A stretch of DNA of 64,000 bases from a virus. Its lineage: Duplodnaviria; Heunggongvirae; Uroviricota; Caudoviricetes. Made by a program: the position numbers and the translations under genes. Of the stretch, positions 48,736 to 58,892 are shown in pieces. The stretch is from positions 237,064 through 301,063 of IMG/VR virus record IMGVR_UViG_3300031998_000001; one strand, given 5' to 3'. The notes under the pieces were generated by a model that saw only the letters and a list, made by a program, of their open reading frames with translations, was not told the origin of the DNA and made no database searches. The number at the start of each line of letters is the position of its first letter. Positions within the stretch are counted from its first letter, which is position 1.

Positions 48736-48967
48736 CGGGTATGTGCTCGTCAAGGACGACAAACTCGAAGACATAACCACGAAAGCAGGCATAGTGATAC
48801 CGCAGAAGTGGCAACGCATAGCGACTATCGTCGCAGTCCCAGAGGGGGAAACAAGATACAGCGTGGGTGACAGGGTTATAAAGCCGATAGGCAAGGGAAC
48901 GCCCATAACGCTCGAAGGCGAGGAATACGAGGCGATAAGGGGCGAACTCCTATTCGCCAGACTTTAA
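48716..48967 (+). CDS. groES: GroES-like co-chaperonin
   Basis: VLV......TKAGIVIP, IVAV, VGDRVI, G..I.LEGEEY..I....L. Confidence 0.8.
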   Translation: MKIQMVNGYVLVKDDKLEDITTKAGIVIPQKWQRIATIVAVPEGETRYSVGDRVIKPIGKGTPITLEGEEYEAIRGELLFARL

Positions 48968-49480
48968 CTTCTTCTTCTTCGTGAAACCGCTCGGTCTGCG
49001 GGTGGCGATGAACGACCTCGAAGGGTCTATCACCGCGTTTATCGTGTTGATGAATATCCTGTTGAGCAGGACTTCCGCGTATGAATTGTTGCGGCGGGCT
49101 ATCGTGAACGGAATGTTCTCGTACAACTTGCCCCTGAATGTTATGTTGAGGCGCGTCTTCACCCTTTCCTCGTCGCCCCTGTTTCGGATATTGCACTTCC
49201 CGATGTACGGGGTTTCAAACTCGACATCTCCGAGTTTCCACCTTACCTTGTCACCGTCAACTTCATATTCGTCCGCGTGTATGGAGCAGAACGAACCGTT
49301 GCCAGTGTCCATCTTGGCGACAACCTCGCCCATACCGTTTATGTCTATGGTTTCGAGATAACCGCACCTCACCTGAACTGTGTCAGACCTCCTGCTCTTG
49401 TGCTTCTCGCCGTCACTGCCATATATGAAAGCCTCCCAGAGAGGGCTTGAACCGAACTCGTCAAATGTCATAATATCCAT
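48950..49480 (-). CDS. retropepsin-like (RimK-associated type) protease with CTS-like N-terminus
   Basis: AKMDTGNG...SIHA, ER..VK, F...R, VLLNR; starts MDIMTFDEF; TATAAATA at 49507-49514 on minus strand. Confidence 0.7.
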   Translation of the reverse strand: MDIMTFDEFGSSPLWEAFIYGSDGEKHKSRRSDTVQVRCGYLETIDINGMGEVVAKMDTGNGSFCSIHADEYEVDGDKVRWKLGDVEFETPYIGKCNIRNRGDEERVKTRLNITFRGKLYENIPFTIARRNNSYAEVLLNRIFINTINAVIDPSRSFIATRRPSGFTKKKKLKSGE

Positions 49481-49524
49481 TTTGCAAAGATATAAATATT
49501 ATATAGTATTTATAATTATCGACT

Positions 49525-51042
49525 ATGAGAACATTCGACAGGCTTTTTGAAAAGTACGGCATCGGCAGGCAACTCGACGAACTTATGCCAGCATACATAA
49601 CGGAGGGTGAAACATTTGACACCGACTGCTTCGAGCGCATATCGCTCAACGAGAGCGAGGAGAAACTCCCGACCAAGTATCCAGTCAAGGACGCACCGAA
49701 GGTAAAGGGCTGGTTCGGGCTTATCTCCGTAAGATATATGATGAAAGTGCGTGCAATACGCAAACTCTGCATCCAGTACATAAACTCCTATGTGGAGAGT
49801 GCGCTCAATGTGGCGAAGAATCTTGACAAGGTAAAGATGTTCAAGGAGATGAGAAACCTTGCAACCGACCTCGCTATGTCGTATGACGACAAGAAGAACC
49901 ACGAACGCTCGGTGAACACGAAGGCTGGTCTTGCATTTTTAAGCGGGGACAAGGCGTTGCAGGACAAACTCTCCGCAATACTCGGACAGATTGACACCCA
50001 CGCGCAGAAAAGCGACCAGTTGAAGGAATGGGCTGACCTGATGAAACTGAAGAGCAAGGAAATCGCCTGCAATGTGGTTTACAACGAAACACGCGAAATC
50101 ATCGAGAAGGAGGCTTCCGAAAAGGAAAAGCGGGAACTCAAGGAAATCGACAAGGAATTTGTCGAGGCGGGAAAAGGCGCAGAGGAAGCACTTGCAGAGG
50201 GCGCGGAAAAGACAAAGAAGAACAAGGAAGTCCACGAGTTGAAGGAGAATTTCAAGAAAAAACTCAAGGGCAAGACTGGCGACGATGTTCCGCAGGAATT
50301 AAGGGACAAGAACGGCAAGTTCAGCACCCAGAAGTTCAACAAACTCGCAAAGACCGAAAACGGATTGAAGCAGTTGCAGAATTTGCTTGACGGATTGAAT
50401 GAAAGTGCAAGTTATGTCATAACGAGTTTTGACAAGTTCAATGAAAGCCTTATGAACAAAATGGACTATGCCGTGATAGAGGTGCAGCACTTCGACGACA
50501 TCGAGAAGAGATGGTGCGTGGATGTATGGAAAACCCACAACCAGATGGAGGAGGGCAAGACCGTAGCGTATGTATATGAGGACGGCGATGTCGAGTTCAT
50601 CGACCCCGAAGCCGAACAAAGCAAGCAGGTACATCGGGAAATCATACACTTCCTCAAGACCCAATACAAGTGGTACACCAGCGGAAAGAAGTTCAACGAA
50701 AGTTATATCCCAATCAGGGGGAAGGTAGTAACCGACGGAGAACTCCGCAGGGCGATAGCACAGGCAGCGAAATACGACAACGGCACACAAAAAGTATATG
50801 CCGAGGACATTTCGGCAGAACCCGTAATACTCGACAGTTCGGTAATAAGAGGTATGAAGTGGGCTGTACTTGAAATCGAACTAAACGACGGTCAGATAGG
50901 AGTACGGGTGATGCCGTACAGGGGCAAGATGCGTGACGGGCATTATGTCGAAAGAGAGTACGACGTGCTTCCGCTCGAAGCGTTCACCGACGAAAGCGTA
51001 AACAGGCTCTATGACATCATAGAGAGGTACAACGACAGATAA
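49525..51042 (+). CDS. multi-module hypothetical protein with repeated [LF]NES linkers (candidate processed head protein)
   Basis: MRTFDRLFE start; LNES twice and FNES twice; TATAAATA at 49491-49498. Confidence 0.7.
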   Translation: MRTFDRLFEKYGIGRQLDELMPAYITEGETFDTDCFERISLNESEEKLPTKYPVKDAPKVKGWFGLISVRYMMKVRAIRKLCIQYINSYVESALNVAKNLDKVKMFKEMRNLATDLAMSYDDKKNHERSVNTKAGLAFLSGDKALQDKLSAILGQIDTHAQKSDQLKEWADLMKLKSKEIACNVVYNETREIIEKEASEKEKRELKEIDKEFVEAGKGAEEALAEGAEKTKKNKEVHELKENFKKKLKGKTGDDVPQELRDKNGKFSTQKFNKLAKTENGLKQLQNLLDGLNESASYVITSFDKFNESLMNKMDYAVIEVQHFDDIEKRWCVDVWKTHNQMEEGKTVAYVYEDGDVEFIDPEAEQSKQVHREIIHFLKTQYKWYTSGKKFNESYIPIRGKVVTDGELRRAIAQAAKYDNGTQKVYAEDISAEPVILDSSVIRGMKWAVLEIELNDGQIGVRVMPYRGKMRDGHYVEREYDVLPLEAFTDESVNRLYDIIERYNDR

Positions 51043-51112
51043 CATATATGTTACATAGGGACGGGTGGCTTTCGGGCTGACCGTCCCTCCCCTAAATAAA
51101 TAACCAGCAACG

Positions 51113-52837
51113 ATGAAGATATTAAGTTCGGAGGAGTTCATAAGCGAAAGCATAAGTGTTGCAAACAATGTGGGCGACATCCGCTTCTGCAAACTTACGG
51201 AAATGAAGTTCTGTAGCCTTGAACTGCTTTTCAGGGACTACTTCAAGAGGCTTGCGAACATAGACGACAAGTTGCTTAACGACTGGAACTCCGTAATGTT
51301 CGAGAACTACTACAACGACAAGGTAGGGGATTGGAAAAGTCTGCCAGAAGTGTGCGGGTGTTCATACGAATTTGTTTCAACCGACAAGGGCGACAAGTAT
51401 GTGTTCACATACGACACAGGCAAGGAGATTTGGGTGTACCCCGTAGTTGAGGCTAATGGCAAGCCGAAGGACTACATAGAGGTCAATCCGAGTTTCCCCT
51501 ACCTTATGTTCGCGGTAAAAACAGGAAGCAATGTGGCAAGGCTTCCCAGACTCGGCAAGATGTTCGACCTCAATGACTACAACTATGGACGGACAACAAG
51601 CCGACCGCCCCTGCTGAAACCGAGTGAACTTTTCGCTATGCTCGACGAGCACACGGCAAACTGGGGTGTCGAGGGCAGGTTGAGAGGCACGGTTGCAGAA
51701 TGCAGGAAGATAGTGTCGGACTACTGGACGGACACCACGAAGTCGGAATATATCCACAGGCAAAGGCATTTCACCAAGACCATAAGGTACTACCACAACT
51801 CGGAGTTGGCACTTGAAGTCGAATCCGAAGCGTATGGGACGCTCTACAACATAAGCAGGTATGCCAGCAGGCTCGGCGACAACGCCGAGATATACAGGAA
51901 ACTGTTTGCCTTTGCGATGAGGTACGACATAGAGGACGCGCTGGCTGCCGACATACATCCAAGCACCGTCGGAATGGTCAACAAGAAGAACATTCGTGTC
52001 AACAACACAAGGTATATTGCACGCAACCTCCCGAAAGACGACTATGAACTCATAGATACATACAGGAACAAGCACGGGGAGGTATGCGAACACTGCGGCA
52101 AGGAGCATATTGTCAACATTATGGTGATAGAGAACCCGCAGGGTGAAGTGTTCCACGTCGGCAACGAGTGCGTATGGAGGCTTGTCAACATACCAGAGGA
52201 GGAGTTCGATGAATGGAATCAGCCGTTCACCGACGCATACAACGCAATCAACCTCTACAACAAGAACGAGAAGAACGGCATACACCAGTATTGGTTCATA
52301 TACGGTGACAACGCATACTTCGTATATTGTGACAGACCTTTCGACCAATATGACTTCCTCAACACCGACAAGGCGTATGACCACGAAAGGAAAGAGCCAG
52401 TCAAGACCAAGTTCAAGTGCAAGGAGTACACTGGCGTACACAACATCACAGGGGGTGAGTCGATAAACTATACAGGTGTGGAGTTCCTCAAAAGGATGCT
52501 TCCCGTGTACTACAAGCAAGCGGTGGTAATCGACCACAACATAATGGACATCGTTGATACCGTCACAAAGAGCAAGACAGAAAACTGGAAATACATAACA
52601 TATGACGGCTTCAAGTATAACATAGGCATATTTGACAGGCTGGAGATTGTCCCCGACAAATATGAATTCGGGAAGGAATATACATATAATGAGGGCGACC
52701 TGAAAGTGGAGGTTCGCACAATATCGGAGAACTGGGAAGAATACCCGTACTGGAAGGCTACTCTCGGCAACTGCAAGGTTGAAGTGTCATACACCTGCGA
52801 TGAACTCGAAGGCACACCCAACCCGTACCTGAAATAA
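51113..52837 (+). CDS. hypothetical protein with CTS-like N-terminus and Zn-finger-like CEHCGK..H..VG.EC
   Basis: MKILSSEEFISES start. Confidence 0.7.
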   Translation: MKILSSEEFISESISVANNVGDIRFCKLTEMKFCSLELLFRDYFKRLANIDDKLLNDWNSVMFENYYNDKVGDWKSLPEVCGCSYEFVSTDKGDKYVFTYDTGKEIWVYPVVEANGKPKDYIEVNPSFPYLMFAVKTGSNVARLPRLGKMFDLNDYNYGRTTSRPPLLKPSELFAMLDEHTANWGVEGRLRGTVAECRKIVSDYWTDTTKSEYIHRQRHFTKTIRYYHNSELALEVESEAYGTLYNISRYASRLGDNAEIYRKLFAFAMRYDIEDALAADIHPSTVGMVNKKNIRVNNTRYIARNLPKDDYELIDTYRNKHGEVCEHCGKEHIVNIMVIENPQGEVFHVGNECVWRLVNIPEEEFDEWNQPFTDAYNAINLYNKNEKNGIHQYWFIYGDNAYFVYCDRPFDQYDFLNTDKAYDHERKEPVKTKFKCKEYTGVHNITGGESINYTGVEFLKRMLPVYYKQAVVIDHNIMDIVDTVTKSKTENWKYITYDGFKYNIGIFDRLEIVPDKYEFGKEYTYNEGDLKVEVRTISENWEEYPYWKATLGNCKVEVSYTCDELEGTPNPYLK

Positions 52838-52848
52838 CAAGTGGAAAT

Positions 52849-54558
52849 ATGGCAAGGGCATACACGGAAGATGAATTGCAGATATTGCAGATTAAGGACC
52901 CGACCGTAAAGTTGGACGAACTCACCATACTCAACACGGAGAGCAAGGACGGGAAGGCTATACCGAAGGAGAACTCGACCACTGGCGAGGAAAGCCGTAT
53001 GTACGCCTTCATACCCTATGTAAAGTTGAACAACCAGTTCGTCATAGTCCAGACCAACATCTCGGAGTTCAGTTTGAGTTGCAACGGCTTCGCCCCGAAA
53101 CTCTATATGAAGATAACCGACACGAACAACCAGTTCGCGACAAAATACTATCCGAAGGAAGGCTCTGTCGTGAATGTCTATATAGCGTCAATGGGGGATG
53201 AAAAAAAGTACAAGCCGATAAGACTTGACTTCCTTATCACGGACTTCAGCGAGTCGTCAACATTTATGGGGGACGAGAGTTCTGGCAACATCTCGGAGTA
53301 TTCGCTTTCGGGCGTGCTCAACATACCCGAACTCATATACCTCAACAACCACTTCGAGAGCGGGACTACGAGGGACGCGCTGCTCAACATATCCGATGAG
53401 GTCGGGCTTGGCTTCGCCACCAACATAGAGGCTACGGACGACGCGCAGGTATGGCTCTGCGGGTACGACACACTCGAAAACTTCATAACCCACATAACGA
53501 AGCACGCATACATAGACAACGAGAGTTTCTTCACATCGTACATCGACTGGTACTACAACCTCAACCTCGTGGAGTGCAACCGCCTCTTCTATATGGAGGG
53601 GGGGAACGGCAAGGTCACGGTCTATAACACCAACCACTATGAGAGCGACGACTTCGACAACGACTACGAGGAGGCTAACGCGAAGGAGGAGATAGATGAC
53701 GCGGAAGCCGACAAGGTTGACCTCTGGAAAGGCGTGGAGAGGGAATGGGAGTACGAACTCACGAACAACATAGCGGTAAGGAACTGGTCTCTGTTCTTCG
53801 ACAACTACAGGATAGTGAGCGACAACAGCCGTTGCCTTTCGGACGGATATGTGAAATACTCCCAATGGTGGAACAACTCGACTTCGGAATGGAAGTCGGA
53901 CGAGATTGCCACCCCAGCGTTCGAGACGAGCGGGCTTATGCCACTTAACAGGGGAAGGCTCATAGACGACGAGCCGAGCGAACTCAACCAGAAACTGAAG
54001 GCTTATGTCAACGGCGGGATAAACGGGGACGACTGCAACGAGCACTATGTGTATTCGGAGGCGTTCAACGATATGTGCCTCGCGGATATGGACAAGTACG
54101 GACTTGAAATCGAACTTCCGTGCTTCAACCCCGCGATAACGAAGTTCAGCCGTGTCAAGATAAGCATATTCGAGCGCAACCCGATTGCGATAGACAACAT
54201 CATCGACCACCCAGAGGAAGAGGACGCGACCGCGCAGGGGAAGAACGGTGAGACGATATACCTCAAAGACCACCCAGAGTTCCAGAGCGACAACACTCCG
54301 AGCATCGGGGAGGAAAGCGTGGGCGGTATAGGAAGCAAGTTCCAGACCAAGCCTATGCAGTCGTCGGACGGGACGCTCTACGCTGGCAACGGGGAGATAC
54401 TCGTGGAAAGCCTTTCGGGATACTATGTCGTGACTGGCGTTGAACTCTATATGGGGTACGACAGCACGACATTGAGGGAGAGGGTGAAACTCCGCAGGAG
54501 GGAAGGCAGACCGCCGCTGCGCAGCGACTATGACAGCAAGGTTACTGGCAAGAGTTAG
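52849..54558 (+). CDS. putative baseplate hub/tail protein
   Basis: 569 aa next to gp25-like gene; C-terminal SGYYVV..L.RR typical of hub proteins. Confidence 0.5.
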   Translation: MARAYTEDELQILQIKDPTVKLDELTILNTESKDGKAIPKENSTTGEESRMYAFIPYVKLNNQFVIVQTNISEFSLSCNGFAPKLYMKITDTNNQFATKYYPKEGSVVNVYIASMGDEKKYKPIRLDFLITDFSESSTFMGDESSGNISEYSLSGVLNIPELIYLNNHFESGTTRDALLNISDEVGLGFATNIEATDDAQVWLCGYDTLENFITHITKHAYIDNESFFTSYIDWYYNLNLVECNRLFYMEGGNGKVTVYNTNHYESDDFDNDYEEANAKEEIDDAEADKVDLWKGVEREWEYELTNNIAVRNWSLFFDNYRIVSDNSRCLSDGYVKYSQWWNNSTSEWKSDEIATPAFETSGLMPLNRGRLIDDEPSELNQKLKAYVNGGINGDDCNEHYVYSEAFNDMCLADMDKYGLEIELPCFNPAITKFSRVKISIFERNPIAIDNIIDHPEEEDATAQGKNGETIYLKDHPEFQSDNTPSIGEESVGGIGSKFQTKPMQSSDGTLYAGNGEILVESLSGYYVVTGVELYMGYDSTTLRERVKLRRREGRPPLRSDYDSKVTGKS

Positions 54559-54587
54559 AAACCCAATATATAACTTATAAATAATGT

Positions 54588-54968
54588 ATGAGTAAACTCG
54601 CTGAAATGTTCTGCATACCAGAGGGAAGCCCAAGATATTCCCCAAGCGCACTCGAAATCAGGAATGCGCTCGTGAACCTGTTGCAGAAAATCGAGATGTT
54701 GCTCTATACGGAGAAAGGGAGCGTGCTCTGCCTCCCAGACTACGGGGTGAACCTCGAAAAGTACATCTTCGAGTCCAATGTGAGCGGGGAGTACATACGG
54801 TCGGAAATAAAACTCCAGATAATGAAGTATGTTATGTCAAGGGACGACAGCCAGTACAATGTCGATGTGAAGGTTTCGTTCCACGAGAAGCCGAACTCGT
54901 CAATCGGGTATATGTGCATAGTTGACATATACATATCGAATACCCTTATGTCGAGTTACATATTCTGA
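54588..54968 (+). CDS. baseplate wedge protein (T4 gp25-like)
   Basis: I..LL.T.KG.V...PDYG.NL..YIFE..I..QI..Y; TATAAATA at 54576-54583. Confidence 0.8.
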   Translation: MSKLAEMFCIPEGSPRYSPSALEIRNALVNLLQKIEMLLYTEKGSVLCLPDYGVNLEKYIFESNVSGEYIRSEIKLQIMKYVMSRDDSQYNVDVKVSFHEKPNSSIGYMCIVDIYISNTLMSSYIF

Positions 54969-54971
54969 CGG

Positions 54972-57900
54972 CTACACGACCTCGAACATACACCTGTCCG
55001 AGACATAGACATTCCCGTTCGTATCGCGAAGCACAAGTTTCACATTGTATCTTCCAGTGTCCCTGAAAAGGTGGTGGAAGTTCTTATGCGTGCTTGTTAT
55101 GACTGGGGTGTTCGGGTTGTCCAAGTTCCTGACCTCCCACCGAGGACAGCACTTGCCGTTTATCCTCGACATAGAGTAGTTGAGGTTTATGTCGGTGTTC
55201 TTCGGGACTGCCGTGTATGTGTTCATATATGTAGTGTCAATCCAAGACGGGTTGAAAATCCATTCGCTGAACCAACGCCTCATAATGCCGTATATCCCGC
55301 TTGCAACCGCAACGGACTCGACACGGCTGTTGCCGTCAACCGCCATAACCGTAACGGTGTCTCCGTGTGAAACAAACTGACCGCATATCGTCTCTCCGCT
55401 TCCAGCACCGTCATAAATCCACCACTCCCCAGCCTTTGCCGTGCGTCCAAGCCAGTCCGAAACGGAAACCTCCGAGTTCCCGAAACAGCCAGCGGGCTTC
55501 GGCAGCCTCCAGATACCGTCAGTCTGGACAGCCCTGTTGATTGTCGTGTTGACCGTAGCCTCCCGTATGCCCAAGTCAGTATGACGGGCGACCGCAATAA
55601 TCTCATAGCCAGTTTCGCCCAAGTCAGTGTCGGGGAAATCCGTCTGCTCGAACCTGTTGAACGGGGAGACATAATGGTACTCGAACTCGCTTATCACATC
55701 CTCCTCGCAGGCGTTGAGTGCGTTGACCACGAGCAGTATGTCGGGTGTCCCCTCGACAGCATCGGGGAATACGAAACGCCCGTAGCGGTTGTCGTCCGTA
55801 ATGACCTCAAGCATAGCCCTCGCGCCGCTCCAAGTCCGATTGCCCTCGCTGTCGAAGCCTCCGAGAGTGAAATGCGGGCGTATGTCCCCGCCTATCACGG
55901 TGGAGTTCCAGTCAAGGTGTTCAAGTCCGAGCCAGTTGATGTCCTTCACATTGTCCCAGAAGTATATGCCGTTCCAGTCCCCGTATGGCGAATTGCTCTC
56001 GTCCTGATTGAATGTATGGACGACCATACGCTCGTCGATGTCGTCCGAGTCGTAATACTCGCCAGCGAATGTCGCCCTGTCGAGGCTCTCGTATGTAGCC
56101 GTGTTCATATCGTCCCAAGTGGCGTTGCCCGCAATGAACGGGAAGTCCCACCCGAAGTCGGCACTGAACCAGTCGAGTTCGGAAACATCGCCCCAAGTTT
56201 CATAGACATCAGCCTTGTGCCTGAACCAGCCAGACACCTCCACATTCTTCGGAAGCACCTCCACGCACTCCGTCTTTATGCGCTCCGATATTGAGTTGTC
56301 GAAGCCCCTTATGAGGCAGCGCACGCTGTACTTGCCGACATAGGGCAGGAGTATGCCTATGTCCCCGTAGCCGTAGCGGAACTCTCCCGTAACGGAACAG
56401 AAGAACTCTGGCGAGCCGTCCTCCTCCTTCCATATCTCCCAAGTTATGCGCTGGTGGTTGGCGATATGGTTCTCGCACTCGTCCCAGATATAGTCGCCCA
56501 TATCCCACTGGACTGCGGAAGCGTCGTCCCAACTTGTCCCAAGCCCCGCGCACTGGAGGCGGACAAGCGCACCGACAAGCGCACCGTCGTTGTCTGGCAG
56601 ATGCTCGTTCATATCCGCCGAGAATTCGTTTGCACGGACGGAGTTGTACCGAAGGTTCGGATAGTAGTGGGAGAAGTTGGCTACATAGTAGTTGCCAGCC
56701 TTCTCGCCCTTGCCTATGAAGTATTCGTAGTAGTTCCAAGTACAGCCGTTGTGCGTGTCCTTCACATCATAGAGGGCTGGGTGACCGAGCAACGAAATCG
56801 GCTTGCCGTTGCGAAGCGTAACACCGTCTATCACGCACTCGTCGTCAAGCCCGTCAAGGTCGTCCTCGCTCTCCGCCACAATCGGCATAAGGACATTGCT
56901 CTCCTCGTCAAGCACATTGTAGTCCCTGACATACTCGTTGTAAATCTCCTCAAGCGTAACATCCCTGCTTGTCGGCTGGGATATGCTCTCGTTGAACACA
57001 TCGAACCTGCGCAAGTCCTCAAGATAGACATCCTCGTCGTCCGTAATGACATTGAAGTCGCACTCGCACCCGACAAATGTATCGAATGTCTTTCTGTCGC
57101 TCACATTAGTCCGCACCACATTATAGTCGAAGCCGAACATCTCCCCGACCATATCGACTATGTGGCAGTTGAGGGGGAGGAACTCCTTTTCGAGTTTCCT
57201 GCGGAAAGCATAGAGTTTTATCACAGCCTCCTCTATCGTGAAGGCGAACACCTCCTCCGTCTCTGGCAAGTCGTGCGCGGTGCGTCGGTATGCAGCCTTC
57301 CTAATCCTGTCTATGTCCCAAGCGAGCGTCATACGGTTGGTCTTGCGGAACTTCCTGCTCGGAAGCGTGATGTTCCGCCCGCCTGCCGAAACCCTCTCCC
57401 TGTCCACAAGGGAATAACTCGTGGCGATGAAGTAGTTGCCGTAGTCCTCGCTCGTGACATCCACATTCTTCCACCACTCCTTTATGTGTATGTTGTCATA
57501 GCCGAAGTACCTGATTACATTTATGAGGGACTTGTAAGAACCGATGTACGGATAGATGCTATGACCTTCCATAAGTATCTCCTTGCGCTTCTCGTTCATA
57601 AGGCGGTAGTCCACCTTCTGCTCCTTTATGTCGCTCTCCTTGAATATCTTGAAGTCATCGTTCGTTATCCCGTAGCCGAGATTGGCGCACATAACGGAAT
57701 ACCTTTCGTCCTCCTCTATGCTCTCCGCATAGACGCTTATCTCCGCAACCCTCGTGAATGTCTTTTCCGTACTGTTGAAATATACAAGCACGAGGTCGCG
57801 CCTGAAAGTATTGTACTTGCTCTCGGTGTTGCAGAAGCACAGGTCAACCGTGCTCGCCTCTGGAACAAGCCCGTCTATCTCGTAGTTGACATACTTGAGT

Positions 57901-58391
57901 TCACTTTCAAGGTCAGCACCGCTCACCCTGCAAACAGTTCGGGGGAGGCTGTCAATCCTGACCTCGCCCGTGAGTTCGATGTTCGGGCAGTCATACTCGT
58001 TGTACACAAGTGCGCTCGTGTCCTCTGGCGGACACTGGCTATGGTCGAAGCGGAACATATTTATCTCCCCGACCTCCGTGTTCGAGTCGTCCCACACCCA
58101 AGCGTAGTAGTCCCCGTCCGAACCGCCCGCCGAAAGCGACACCTTGCCGTACTCATAGACCTTGACACCGCCGACGAGGTGCTTCCCTATACCCTCGCCC
58201 TCGCTCTCGTAACTCATATGCCGTGTCGGATACTTCTGCATACAGAGTATCTTCTCCGTCTCGAACAGCCCGCGACTAACCTTGTCGATAAGCACAGTCC
58301 CCCTCCACACGCCGTCGGCATCCTGCTTCCAGCCGTAGTCGTGACCTCGCTTGTCCATAAACATCAAGTCGGAAAAACCCACATTCGCCAT
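54972..58391 (-). CDS. large baseplate wedge/virion protein with PKD-like modules
   Basis: IGSYKSLIN.I..FGY..I.E.W motif; Trp repeats; G.Y.V.L modules; start refined to MANVG after TATAAATA 58421-58428. Confidence 0.65.
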   Translation of the reverse strand: MANVGFSDLMFMDKRGHDYGWKQDADGVWRGTVLIDKVSRGLFETEKILCMQKYPTRHMSYESEGEGIGKHLVGGVKVYEYGKVSLSAGGSDGDYYAWVWDDSNTEVGEINMFRFDHSQCPPEDTSALVYNEYDCPNIELTGEVRIDSLPRTVCRVSGADLESELKYVNYEIDGLVPEASTVDLCFCNTESKYNTFRRDLVLVYFNSTEKTFTRVAEISVYAESIEEDERYSVMCANLGYGITNDDFKIFKESDIKEQKVDYRLMNEKRKEILMEGHSIYPYIGSYKSLINVIRYFGYDNIHIKEWWKNVDVTSEDYGNYFIATSYSLVDRERVSAGGRNITLPSRKFRKTNRMTLAWDIDRIRKAAYRRTAHDLPETEEVFAFTIEEAVIKLYAFRRKLEKEFLPLNCHIVDMVGEMFGFDYNVVRTNVSDRKTFDTFVGCECDFNVITDDEDVYLEDLRRFDVFNESISQPTSRDVTLEEIYNEYVRDYNVLDEESNVLMPIVAESEDDLDGLDDECVIDGVTLRNGKPISLLGHPALYDVKDTHNGCTWNYYEYFIGKGEKAGNYYVANFSHYYPNLRYNSVRANEFSADMNEHLPDNDGALVGALVRLQCAGLGTSWDDASAVQWDMGDYIWDECENHIANHQRITWEIWKEEDGSPEFFCSVTGEFRYGYGDIGILLPYVGKYSVRCLIRGFDNSISERIKTECVEVLPKNVEVSGWFRHKADVYETWGDVSELDWFSADFGWDFPFIAGNATWDDMNTATYESLDRATFAGEYYDSDDIDERMVVHTFNQDESNSPYGDWNGIYFWDNVKDINWLGLEHLDWNSTVIGGDIRPHFTLGGFDSEGNRTWSGARAMLEVITDDNRYGRFVFPDAVEGTPDILLVVNALNACEEDVISEFEYHYVSPFNRFEQTDFPDTDLGETGYEIIAVARHTDLGIREATVNTTINRAVQTDGIWRLPKPAGCFGNSEVSVSDWLGRTAKAGEWWIYDGAGSGETICGQFVSHGDTVTVMAVDGNSRVESVAVASGIYGIMRRWFSEWIFNPSWIDTTYMNTYTAVPKNTDINLNYSMSRINGKCCPRWEVRNLDNPNTPVITSTHKNFHHLFRDTGRYNVKLVLRDTNGNVYVSDRCMFEVV

Positions 58392-58431
58392 AACTGCAAA
58401 TATAAATATTATATATAAGTTATTTATATCA

Positions 58432-58875
58432 ATGACAAAGACAATAGAACTTACAGTAGGCGAGATGGTACGCGCCTTCGCGAAGAACCATACATTCAAC
58501 GGCTTCGTGTACTACTGCGGGAACGGGATGTTCGCGGACTCGCTCACGGGAGACCCAAGAGTACCGAACTCGAAACCGCTTCTCTACACCCCGAAGTATG
58601 TAGTGCCAGAATCGGAGACGCGCATAAAGAGCGAACACGAGCATAACACTGGCTACCCCACCGACTATTCGTCATACGGGGACAAGGTATATACGGTAAA
58701 GTCCTTCGACCTGTTCTCGACCATAGACGAATACAACATAGAGAAACTCACGATAGTCGAGAAACTCCCGAAGGGATACACCCCCGAAAGATTCCCAGTG
58801 CTCGCGAAAGTCCTCGAACTCGCATACGCAGACGAGCCAGACTACAAGGTCGATGTCATAAAGGAATGGAAATAA
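58432..58875 (+). CDS. hypothetical protein
   Basis: Start refined to MTKTIEL after TATAAATA 58401-58408. Confidence 0.65.
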   Translation: MTKTIELTVGEMVRAFAKNHTFNGFVYYCGNGMFADSLTGDPRVPNSKPLLYTPKYVVPESETRIKSEHEHNTGYPTDYSSYGDKVYTVKSFDLFSTIDEYNIEKLTIVEKLPKGYTPERFPVLAKVLELAYADEPDYKVDVIKEWK

Positions 58876-58892
58876 TAAAACACAATAACGAT

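Noticed and set aside
12817-58418. Long antisense ORFs (e.g. 12817-14253, 21821-22894, 38425-39798, 53257-54651, 56454-58418)
   Set aside because: They are shadows of real genes on the opposite strand, caused by codon bias, with no motifs or promoters.
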